Shown here: one piece after another, positions 14,798 to 25,729 of the stretch
How the letters are laid out: each line of letters starts with the position of its first letter
Numbering within the stretch: position 1 is the stretch's first letter
Origin: Octopus sinensis
Taxonomy: Eukaryota
Length of the DNA stretch: 64,000 bases
Assembly (NCBI RefSeq): GCF_006345805.1
Contig: NW_021833023.1
Coordinates: 1 to 64,000, forward strand
Direction of reading: 5' to 3'
Program-made: the position numbers and the translations under genes
Notes under the pieces: model-generated
What the model saw: the letters and a program-made list of their open reading frames with translations, nothing else
Databases searched by the model: none
What the model was told of the DNA's origin: nothing

Positions 14798-14862
14798 TTT
14801 ATCATTATCATTATTATTATTTGCCAATAGGGCCAGCATATAGGAGAAGATACAGTAGACAA

Positions 14863-15094
14863 GGCGGTGAGAGCTGGCAGAATCTTTAGTACGTCGGGCG
14901 AAATGCTTAGCGGTATTTCTCCTGCCGTTACGTTCTGAGTTCACATTCCCCCGAGGTCGACTTTGCCTTTCATCCTTTCGGGGTCAATTAAAGAAGTACC
15001 AGTTACGCACTGTGGTCGATATAATCGACTTAATGCGTATGTTTGTCCTTGTTTGTCTTCTCTGTGTTTAGCCCCTTGTGGGTAGTAAAGAAAC
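14863..15094 (+). mobile_element. SINE, duplicate of 7581-7812
   Basis: Colinear duplicate. Confidence 0.85.
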
Positions 15095-15095
15095 A

Positions 15096-16195
15096 GGATA
15101 CAGTAGACATGGACAGTGGGGATTTAACGCAGAGACAACGAGTACACAGTTAAAAGAATAACAATGATATCCGACAAAAGAATATAACAAAGAAAGTTCG
15201 TAATAGGTGCAGGTAATCCCCTGGGTGGCTCAAGTACCCCCACCCAATCCTGAACCACTCGACGCTTCGAGGGCATCTGGGAAAGCACTCTCCTCCCTCT
15301 CAAATTCACTAGCTAACATGCGCGTTATTAGAGTAGGTTCACTCACACGTACCATTTTCGCTATTCATCCCACCTTTTGGCAAATGTCCTGGGAGGCAGC
15401 ACTTCACTCTGCACCCTCATCTTCCTTTCCAAAGAAAATTTGAAAAAGTTGACGAGTGATTGGCCGTAGAGAAAGTCTCTGTCTTTAGTCCTTTTAACCC
15501 TAGTCCACAATACAGCCTCTTCGCTACTGCTATTAGACAGAAGTAAATTGCCTGACCTTCCGGACTGATGGAAAGCGGCTGAGAGATCTTCACGAAGGAC
15601 TCGGCATAGATAGAACCACCCTACACGTGATAACAGCTGTTCAACATAACTCCACAAGTCAATAATGCAAGGACACTGGACGAGTGCGTGCAGAACGCTT
15701 TCATCGCTCTGTGCATTTCTCGGGTAGGTCGGTCAGACAGCACTTCCGTGCTTGTAGAGTTTACCTCGACCTGGCAGTGCCCCCCCGATAGCACTGCCAA
15801 GCAAGGGATTTCTAGAAGTTATCCATCGTCTCCGTCTTGAAAGTCCTCCTCAACAGACTGGTTAGTTCAATTTTGTCAACGTCTAGAGTCTCTCCAAGTG
15901 CTTCATCGCACTTTCCCTCCACTAACCCTCCATAGAATTCAAGAGTTGATTTTCCACTGATCGCATTGCCCACCTCGTAGAGGTCAGTGAGTGCCTAGCA
16001 ACATTCCAGATGCCAGTCACCCTTCCTCGGTCTCTTCTTGACCCAGGACTGCAGCTTACTCAAGGAGATGAGATGTGGAAAAGCCTGTTTGACAAACGAT
16101 GACCACACCTGTTCACCGTTTAGGCAGAATGTTTGGAGATGCCGCAGCCCCCCAGTGCATGTCTGCCACAGCATGCCCAGTGTTCCGGAAATCGT
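15096..16195 (-). mobile_element. Tx1/L1-like LINE 3' fragment, duplicate of 7816-8915
   Basis: Colinear duplicate. Confidence 0.8.
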
Positions 16196-17038
16196 AAAGC
16201 GAAAGCACAAAATCGAAAATGGGAAAAGCGAAAGTTAAACAGCATTTAAGAGCTCTCCTCGTTAGACCTTGAATTATAAGGCTAAAAAGATATCAAAAAT
16301 TTAATCAAGAATAGACGGAATTTTCCAGTTCTTCAAAATATATTTATACTTGACAACGACTGTAAATTCCTGACCTAGAGTCCTATAGAGAATTAAGCAT
16401 CTTAGTTTCTAACAGGATATGCACTCTTTTCAGCTAAACAAAGCTTATATTTATTCGATCCATTAACATAAGTTATGGATTCTCAATTACTTCCCATCCA
16501 GTCAGATGTGGTGTTTCGTTTTCTTCCAAACTTAGCCAGTTTCGTAGCTTTACTTTTGTCCTATGTCGGAAGGGATTATCTGATTGGCATAACGACTTTT
16601 AAATTCACCTTTAATAAGCAAAAGAATAAAAGAATAAAGATTATGTGCGTGTGTGTACATGCATACAAAAATACACACACATACACACGGATATGTACAT
16701 AAGCGCACGCACACACACATTTAGGCGTATGGATTATTGTTTTCGGTAAGTTGTGTCCACGAGAAAGACACTTCCAGTGCACTCATCTGAAAAGTACCAG
16801 CATTAACCAGGGTTAACATTGCGACAGACTGGTATCCTGTTCAGTCGGGTGTGTTGTATCCTTGTGTGTTGAAATACGTTCGATACCGAGATATACTGGG
16901 GGCCTAATGAGCCTGTAGATCAGGCAGAGAATTTAGCTGAGAAAATACTTTAATGTAGACATTCAGGCATGCGCAGTCAAGTGTTTGTGTAACGTTTATG
17001 GACTGAAAGTCGATATGAATATGACAAAAAAAGAAATA

Positions 17039-17574
17039 CCGTATTTTCCGGTGTATAAGCCGCTATTTTTTACCTGGTAAATTTAGTGTGCCGCTTAGAG
17101 AAAGGTGCGCCTAATGTGTGTATCTTTTTTTATAAATTCTAGGAGGAAAATAATTTGTGTATGGAGATCGAATGATTCCACTGATTTTTTCGGAGGAAAG
17201 GTCGGTCGATGAAAGACTATTGCTACAGTACATTGATGCCTGGAAGAAAACAAAGCACGTTTATTTTGTTTTACCTTCAGGTTTTGATAATGATATTTTT
17301 TTTATCTAATAAAGAATTTAATAGTGACGGAATGTGTTTGTTGCTGATTATAGTAAGATAAAATCAAAAAATCAACAATACATCTCATAGTTGAAGAATA
17401 AAACATTTTGAAACTACATACACATCAACAATAACAAAGCTAGCTGCGGACCCGTGGTTCCATAAGTCTTTATAAAACACCGGTATGCTTTATGTGCGGA
17501 TAAAACCATAATTTTCCCCAAAATTCGGCTGAGCGGCTTCAATGCCGACGCGTTTTATAGACCGGAAAATACGG
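17039..17574. mobile_element. Tc1/mariner-superfamily (pogo/Tc2-like) MITE, 536 bp
   Basis: 20-bp TIRs ccgtattttccggtgtataa / ttatagaccggaaaatacgg (1 mismatch), flanked by TA at 17037-38 and 17575-76. Confidence 0.9.
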
Positions 17575-17699
17575 TACTTAGTTTCTTGATTGGATTGTAG
17601 CTGTTTGTGAAATGTTTATTACTGGATTAAGTTCATTGCTGGATTATTGGCAGTTGAAAGACCTGAGTACAAATGAGTACAAATCTAATCCCCTAGATA

Positions 17700-19285
17700 T
17701 ATCTTGCAAAATTTCGACTTTTTACTGGAATTATTTATATTATTTATATTCGATCTTGTTTGGTGTTAACACAACATTTTCGACTGATACACCCTCCAGC
17801 CTTCTTCAGGTGTCTTGGGGACAATTTCGAACCTGGATTTTCATTGTTATTATTATTGTTCAGGTTACTGCTTGGAATCGAACTCGGAATCTTGGTGTTA
17901 GTAGCCCGCGCTCTTAAAAACTACGCCATATGCCCATAGGCAATTATGGAGTGAATTTTAGGGCTTATAAATCTAATATTTTTCTATCCTTCCTTAATAC
18001 CGGTTCTCATATGCTGCTCATATCTGCACTCTGTCTGCTTAGGGGGTTGTTGTGTCTTAGCTGCTTCTTTTAGTTTTCGTATTTTCCAGTTGTGTTCTCT
18101 GTCTATTATTTTAACTTCATCCTACAGGGGGAGGTGGTCTCCATTTTTTCCATACATGATCAGCTATACCCGATTTATCAATATCTCCTCGTGAGGGGGC
18201 GGCATGTGTCGCCTTTGTATAACCTACCACAACTGCATGGGATGGAGTACACGCAGTCTTTGGTCAAATTCTCTTCTATTGGTGGTTTTACTCAAAGGAT
18301 TTATTTGCGAAGTGTTGTAGTACTCTTGAATACTGTCCTGATGTCATATGGGCCGCATATGTTTCGTATCTTTTCGGAGAGGCCTTTCACATAGGGTAGA
18401 CAGACTTTAGACAGTTTATTGGCCTTATCCTCTCTTTTCTTCATAACTGGAGTGGATAGTATACTTTTGTGGTAGTTGTTGCTTAACAGATCGTTATTGA
18501 GCTTGGTGTTATCACGATCGCTACTTATATTTTTTTGCACGATGTTTTAGGCACTGAGCAATCCCTCCCTTTACACAGTATGAATGTAGGAATTGAAGTT
18601 GAAGTATCGTCCGGTAAAGGTCGGCTTGCGGTATACGGATGTCCTGAATCCATACTTGGTGCGTGTTATTAATACGTCCAAGAATGCCAACTGATTGTCT
18701 GTTTCCTTTTCCCTTGTTAACTGTATGGATGGCTCTATTGACTTCACATGATCTAACAGCACTTGGACATCTTCCTGGTGGGGCCAGAGTATAAAGGTGT
18801 CATTAACATATAGTAGCCATGGTGTTGGTGTTAGTGATGTTGATCCTAAAGCCAAATTCTCAATGTATTCCATGTATATATTGGCTATTACCAGTGATAA
18901 TGGCGAACCCATAGCTAAACCCTCTTCTTGTCGATAAATATCAGTGTCCATACTGAAGTAGGTAGTTTCTACACAGAAGGTCAACATTTCCATCAAGTTT
19001 CTTATTGGTATACTAGTGCGTTCTTTTAGATGGGTGTCTGTCACTAGTTTTTCTTGTATCACCGAGAGTGCTTCACCAGTTGGGACTTTGGTGAACAGAC
19101 TTATCACATCTAGACTCAGCATCTGGTTGGATTCAATGGGGGTGTCCTTGATCAATTCTGTGAAGTAGGTGGAATTCTTCACGTACGCTGTTGACTTTCC
19201 TGTTAATGGACTGATTATATCCACAAAGAAGCGGCTCAGTGTTTTTTGCGGAATGTTTAAAATAACTGATAAAATCACAGCGTCT
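17700..19285 (-). mobile_element. Penelope-like element: RT, linker, decayed GIY-YIG and 3' region
   Basis: ORF 18571..19278 has SLDVISLFTKVP, GLAMGSPLS, YVNDTF, FLDVLI, VYRKPT; then LPYVKGLSEKI and CVYSIPCSCG. Confidence 0.92.
17862..17935 (-). other. tRNA-derived segment (A/B-box-like) inside the PLE 3' region
   Basis: gggcatatggcgtag...gagttcgattcc; no convincing acceptor stem, so not a functional tRNA. Confidence 0.7.
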
Positions 19286-19489
19286 CCAGGCGCTATTTGA
19301 ACTTAGACTGTAGTATTCCAGTATTACATCTAAAAAACGAAGATAGCCACAAGTCAGATTAAACCCTTTATTTAACAAATTTAAAGCTTACATTGATATC
19401 ATGAAATTAGAAATAGGAAAGAATATCAATAAAGCTTGAAATCAAATGAAACTAAAAAGGCATCGGAGGGGCGATGCATACCCTACACG

Positions 19490-19810
19490 CAGTTAATCAT
19501 TTTTGTGGTCTTGGTCAGCTTATTGTTGTCCCATGCCCGTTTGGAGAGTTGGGCCATCACAGCAGCTGCCTTGCCTATGTGTATATTGAGCTCGACGGTA
19601 GAGCCAAGATAGGTAAACTGCTCCACCTCCTGTAGTCTGTGGTCTCCAATATGTATGTTTGGGATGTCCGATATAGCCTGAACCATGATGCTGGTCTTCT
19701 TGAGGCTGATAACTAAGCCAAAGTCACTACATGCTTGCTCAAAACAGTTGATGAACCTTTGTAGGACTTCTTCTGTATGTGATACCAGAGCGGCATCATC
19801 AGCAAACTTA
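19490..19810 (-). mobile_element. RTE (BovB-like) RT fragment
   Basis: FADDAALVSH...FGLVISLKKT...EVEQFTYLGS...IGKAA. Confidence 0.85.
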
Positions 19811-19814
19811 GTGA

Positions 19815-21720
19815 TGAGGTGAGGCTGTTTAATGAACGCATCGTGAAATCAGTGAGGAAAACGATTGGCTTGAAGGCGGTTGGGATGTCAAACGAGTGCT
19901 GGAGAACGTGTGAAATTGTCAAAGCAGGAAAGAAAGGGATGCTATCCGCGAAAGAGTGGGGATTCACAAAAATGAGTTCCGGGTGCAAGATGAGAATTGA
20001 AAGGGTTGATCAAAGAAAGAAAGCTGGAGATTTGGCAAAGGAAGGTAATATCTATGAAAGGAACACACAAATGTGGAGAGTTCTGCGCAGTCTGACTAAC
20101 CCATGTAGAGAAGACCCAGCAGGAATAATCACAGAGGCAGTGAAAAAGTATGTTACTCATCTTGAGAAGGCGAATGGTTTTGTGAGGTACTACCAGTCTG
20201 CAAGTTCCCTCAAGATTATACAAAGAAGACAGAGGCATGAAAGGTATAACAAATGGTTTTCTCAATAAGCACCAAGATGACTCTGAAAAGGCAAAGAGTT
20301 CACTAAAGCGAGATCACAGCAGCAATCAATAGTCTGAATCCTTCCAAAGCAGCGGGTCCAGATTATATTCACCCACGCCTTCTGTATCACATTGGGAGCA
20401 ATGCCCTAAAAGCTCTAACAGACATCTACAACAAGTCCTGGGCCTCACTCCAAGTCCCGCAGGAATGGCGCAATGCAGACGTATGGCCTATGCCCAACCT
20501 GGGGAAAATCCCGAACCAATTTTCCAGTTATAGGCCGATCTCGCTTACCTCAGTAGTGGGAAAGGTGATGGATTGTGGTACATCATAGAAAGTTACAGGC
20601 TCTTAACCGAAGATCAAGCAGGTTTTAGGCCGAGAAGGAGTACCGAAGATCAACTCCTCAGATTGTCCCAGAAGATTAATGATGGCTTCCAACAGAAACC
20701 AATGGCAAGAATGGTGACGGCATTGATTGATTTCTCAGAAGCATATATGGGGTTTGGTGGGATGCTTTAATCAATAAGATGGCAAAGAAGGGAATGCGAA
20801 TACATATCATCAGAAGGACCCACGTGTGGCTGGCAAACAGAATGAACTGGGTTTCGTATGAGGGCAAGCGAAGCAAGAAGCTGGTATTCAAGCAAGGTGT
20901 ACCTCAGGGTTCGGTGCTTTCTCCGCTACTTTTCCTGCTCTACATTGATGACTTGGCCGATGAAATGCAAGACCTTAGCATAAGCATTTTTGCTGATGAT
21001 GTGGCTTTGTGGAAACAGCACCCAAGCTTGGCTATTGCAGAAAGGCATTACAAGGCAGGTTAACAGATTGGCAGAAAGGCGTGCTAAGTGGAAAATGACG
21101 ATTTCCGTCCCAAAGTCAGAATGTACCTTCTTCTCGACCAACTCACATGAAGCAAGCTGGAGACCTAACCTAGAGCTAGAAGGCAACCAGTTGAGTTACA
21201 ACCCAACCCCAAAGTTTCTCAGGGTCACATACGACCACCAACTCACCTTTACCGCCATACAAACATTGTTTTGCAACAAGGTGAAGTGACAGGCACAGCT
21301 ATATGCAGATTGGCAAATACAGATTGGGGATATGATAAGGAAACTCTTCAAGCTACCTATATCACAGTAAGAAGATCCATTATTGAGTATGCAGCGCCAC
21401 CTTAGGACGCCTTGGATCTCGATCACAGCCACGGAGAAATTGGAGGCGAACCAGCGGTATGCCGGTCGGGCAATTACTGGTCACGTGCACACCACATCCA
21501 CGGGAAGCGATGTTGGCCAAAGCAAACCTACCTCTGATTGCAACTCGTACAACCCAGCTAAGCGTTATCACTCTGGAGAAGTCATATCAAGTCGGCCAAG
21601 ATAACCCTCGCCAGTTAATTGCGGAAAGGGAAATTCAACAGTGAACGAAGAGTTGGAGAGAGAAAGCCAAGGAAGCATGGTCCTCCCGGTTCGAGGAAAG
21701 CAAGCCACAAAAGCTGACCA
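19815..21720 (+). mobile_element. I-group (Nimb/Ingi-like) LINE RT fragment
   Basis: KAAGPD, YRPISLTS, QAGFRPRRSTEDQL, GVPQGSVLSPLLFLLYIDDL, FADDVALW; frameshifted. Confidence 0.85.
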
Positions 21721-21833
21721 TAAACATCACTGAAATATTAAAACATTGTTATCACGGTAAGATTCATTATAGCAATATTAATTCTTACATGCTAATGTAA
21801 GAGTTATCATTATTATTATTATTATTATTATTA

Positions 21834-22680
21834 TTCAGCATTTGGTAGTTTCAGGCAAATTTCTCTACTACATCATCTGCTACAACCCCCGTGTTACTGA
21901 GGTGTGTGCAGCATTGTGTGTTCTTTTTTGTGGTTGGGAGAGTGCAAACTCTCTCCAGTATTGTACTGTACCATTTTCTTTTCTTATGGGATCTGGTTGC
22001 AGTCTTTTGTTGTATAAGTGTTTGTATTGTGCATGTAATTCGAGTTGTGTATCCAGTCTTCTGATGGTTGTTTATTTTATTGGATATTTGTTATATGGAA
22101 TGTGTCTTGTGTTTATAGAGTGTTTTATTTGGTTGTATTACTAAATTAATAGTGCCTCGCTGTTTCTAGCAGGGTTATTTTTGGGATAGTATATGGTATT
22201 GAGGATCCTGGCATATTTTTTTTCATATGTTTTCTTTTCCGTATCATGGCCACTACTCCAATCATTACAAGTGTTGTTTTCAACTTCATGCCCCACATCT
22301 TGAATACTCCAATTTCCATGTCTTTGTACTTTGACAATTTCTCCACTTCTTTTTTTGAGAAACATTTTGGTCAGAAGGGACTGCAATATCTATTAGGAAG
22401 TTGGTGATTTTTTTGTTTTCCAATAGTTTAGTATTGTGTCTGGGTGATTATCTGTTATTTCTTTGTCGGTTTGAACCGGCATATTCCAGATGATTGTGGC
22501 TGGCCATTGTCTTGTACCTTGTTTGGCACATGTTTATACCATTTATTGTCAGTTGTTATGTTGTAGTGTTTGGCATATTGTCCACTGGACATAACTATTT
22601 ACTTGGTCATGTCTGTATATGTATATATTCAAGATACTGGAAGCCGAATGTGTCTTTCTGGCACCTCAATCACTCAGAGA
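21834..22680 (-). mobile_element. Dong/R4-type 3' fragment ending in TAA repeats
   Basis: EKLSKYKDMEI...MWGMKLKT; 3' end ctgaataataataa. Confidence 0.85.
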
Positions 22681-22689
22681 CAGAGTTAG

Positions 22690-23895
22690 CAAGCTAGCCC
22701 ATTGGAGGTTGTTGGGTGTAATCGTCCACAGCTATTTGAGAGGAGGCATTAATGTTTAGTAAAAGAATAGTGTTAGAGGTGCTTAGAAGAAGCATAGCGA
22801 CCGACTTGCTGGTGGCAAGATTGGCTTTTGATCAATTCTTCAATGCCAAGCATGAAGGTTGTGTTCTCATAGCAAGGGTGCATGAACTAAGACACAAGGA
22901 ATGAAATCAGTTTGATGAGCCCAGGCGACAGAGGTGCAATGTGGCAGCAGCAAGGCCACAATTCAGTCTTTGACGAGACAGGACAGGTACATGCTGCAAG
23001 AAACCAGGCGGGTGTGTTTGGAACTGTGCGGAGCATGCAGTGAGTCAGAGACAAGGGTGGATTTCACTGCCTCCCTTCATAGTAAGTCACTCCTTTCGCC
23101 CAGGGATGAAGAGTTCTGCAAAATGCCAATAACAGCTGAAGACACATGGGATGCGATCACAAGCTGCACAAGGGAGTGGATGGTCTACCATTTGTCAGAC
23201 TTCTTCTTGGCAGTTGTCTACCACAAATGGCAGCAGAACAAGAGAATTCTCAATACTGTGAGCTATGTGGTACAGTGATACTGCTGAGAAAGAACCTGAA
23301 CAAGGTGGTCCAAGTAGACAATTTTAGGATTGTAGCTCGACTGAAAGCAGATTACAAGATTTAAAAGTGAAAGTGTTAGGCATGAGGTTAGTGATGGTTA
23401 TCGATATGACTAGATTGCTGACATCCTGGTATGTGCTATGCCAAACAGACGACCTATTCATGACAACCTCCACCTCAAACGCTACAGCATAGAGAGGCTG
23501 GGTAAGGAACCTGGCATGGGTGGGGCTTTTGACTTGTTCAAGTTCCACTTGAAAAGGAGATTGAGGGAGGAGAGGGAAGTGCTGCTCCCCAGTATTTATG
23601 TTGAAAGGGGAGTGAATGTGGCAAAGATAACCCATATGAATGGATCAACTCTGAACATGGAATTGAAGAGAGAGGCACCTGCTAACATGCGCTTGACAGT
23701 CAGGATGACCAGGATGTGTGGGGTTCCTTGGTTGGCCCTGAGTGAAACTCCTCCTCTGAGGGATTTGATTGATTTTTTGCTGTTATTTCTTCTTGTTTTT
23801 TGAGTATCCACATATTTTTATGCTAAGACCCACTCATCTCTTATTTTGTATTGTCCATTTTTGTTTTGTGTTCAGCCCTGGTGGCCAAAAGAAAA
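22690..23895 (+). mobile_element. Internally deleted Tx1/L1-like LINE
   Basis: GVDGLP, VILLRK..DNFR..DYKI and IHDNLHL, then a direct in-frame jump to the C-terminal FKFHLKRR..EREVL and 3' UTR. Confidence 0.8.
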
Positions 23896-24089
23896 TTATA
23901 CGCAAGCAGCCATCTCAGTCATGTCAGGGTCACCAATTTTTTAATTAGATTGTTTGTTATGATGTGTTACTTTTATGGGGCTACATGTTTAAATGCCTTT
24001 TTTTGTTGGAGCTCCTGGAGTCTTGCATGTGTAGCAGGCTTGCTGTCTGCAGCCTATGGTATCATGTTATTCGTTCCTTTCAGCTATCT

Positions 24090-24570
24090 AATACTTCCTT
24101 GATTATTCTGGTTGTGCCAAGGAGGCAACCTTTGTAACAATTCTACTGGGCACTCTATTCCAATTTCCTTTATTTCCTCTTGATGCCTTCTGGTATTGTC
24201 CCAAGGACCCAACAATAATTGGCACTATCTTCACACCTTCTTCATTTCCATAGCCGGGCTATTTCGTACTTAAGAGGGTTGTATCTATGTATCTATCTTT
24301 TCGCCTTCCTGGTTGACTGTTCATGAGTCAAAGGGGCATGCACTGTCAACTGTATAGCATATGTGATGCATCTTGTTGACCACCATTAGGTCTGATCTGT
24401 TTGGATTGGGAAATCCCAGAGGAATTTGCTGGTCTCTGACTCCACCACGCTTTCTGGTTTGTGCTCATATCATGTCTTGCCTCTCTCTAGCCTCCACTTT
24501 GTGCACAGTTTCCAATGTAGCACTTCCAATACCTGGTCATGTCACCACACTTGTAGTGGTTTGGGGCATA
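24090..24570 (-). mobile_element. Old Dong/R4-type endonuclease fragment
   Basis: DLMVVNK..CYTVDSACPFD...KEIGI..ELLQ; (TAA)n at its 5' side. Confidence 0.7.
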
Positions 24571-24624
24571 TTATTATTATTATTATATTATTATTACTAT
24601 GATTGGGTGTTGGGCTGTCAGAAA

Positions 24625-24995
24625 CACTAAAATACTGGCAAATGCTTAGCAGCATTTCATCCATCTTTAAACTCTGACTTCAAATTCTGCTAAGGCTGAC
24701 ATTACCTGTCATCCTTTCGGAGCCTATAAAATAAGTACCAGTCGAGTACTGGAGTCCATGTAATTGACTATTCCCCTAAAATTTCAGGCCTTGCGCCCAG
24801 AGTAGAAACAACTACTACTACAACTATGATGATGGTGATAACGTCAACGAGTTCAAATTCCAACAGGGTTGACTCCATCTGTTATTCTTTCAGGGCCAAT
24901 AAAAGAAGTACCAGTCAGACACTAGGGGGGGGGGAGCACGATTAACTTGTCCCCTCTACCAACATTTCAGGCCTTGTGCCTAGAGTAGAAAGGAT
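24625..24995 (+). mobile_element. Two diverged SINE copies with the alternative tail atttcaggccttg(c/t)gcc..gagtagaaa
   Basis: Same core as 7581 but different 3' end at about 24780-24810 and 24962-24992. Confidence 0.75.
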
Positions 24996-25359
24996 TATCC
25001 TTACTATGATGATGTTGCTTTGCTTTTGTACGGACTGACTTCAAATCTCACCTGACGACCCCAAGAGACAGCAGGTTACAATTTCAAGCGGGCATTAGGA
25101 ATAGGAGGGTTGATAACTGTCATATTCTTTGGGGGTTAAATAAGAAGATTTGGCGCTTTAATTGTCTACCTTGGGTTTATAAGGATTCTTTTAGAACATG
25201 TGCTTTTGATAATGTGGAAAAAGATTGTTTTGGAGTTATAGAGAGACTATATTTCACAGAATCTGAGCAGTCTCCATCAGGACTATTTGCTTGAATTTCT
25301 TCCATTTTTGAATTCCTTGGGATTTGAGACAGGTAATAACCAGCCCTTTTCATTATTAT

Positions 25360-25680
25360 TCATAAAGCACCTGCAACCATGGATATTGTTCAAGTCTTGA
25401 ATTACCACATTTTGCCAATTCTATTGCAAATCTTTGTATGTGGTCAAATTTTAGTAGGTCTTCACAGATACATTCACATCAATTGGGACGTATTGATGTC
25501 GTGGCATGCTTGGCATCTGAAATCCTTCAGTATAATATCTGGTCTATTTGCATCTGTCTTTCTGTCAGTTTGAACAAAAAAAGTTCCATGTGAAAAAGAT
25601 ATCATTTTGAAGCACTGGAGATGGTTGTATTTCCACCAATTTCTATGATGGGGCAGGTACAATTCTTTGCACATTTTCTG
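25360..25680 (-). mobile_element. Dong/R4-type endonuclease fragment
   Basis: QTDRKTDANRPDIILKDF motif. Confidence 0.75.
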
Positions 25681-25729
25681 GTTTGGGACTGGTTTTTGAA
25701 GTCCATAGCACTTCTATTTGATTTTGTGC

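Noticed and set aside
17862-17935. Functional tRNA gene
   Set aside because: Degenerate A box, no acceptor-stem pairing, embedded in a repeat; treated as a tRNA-derived head.
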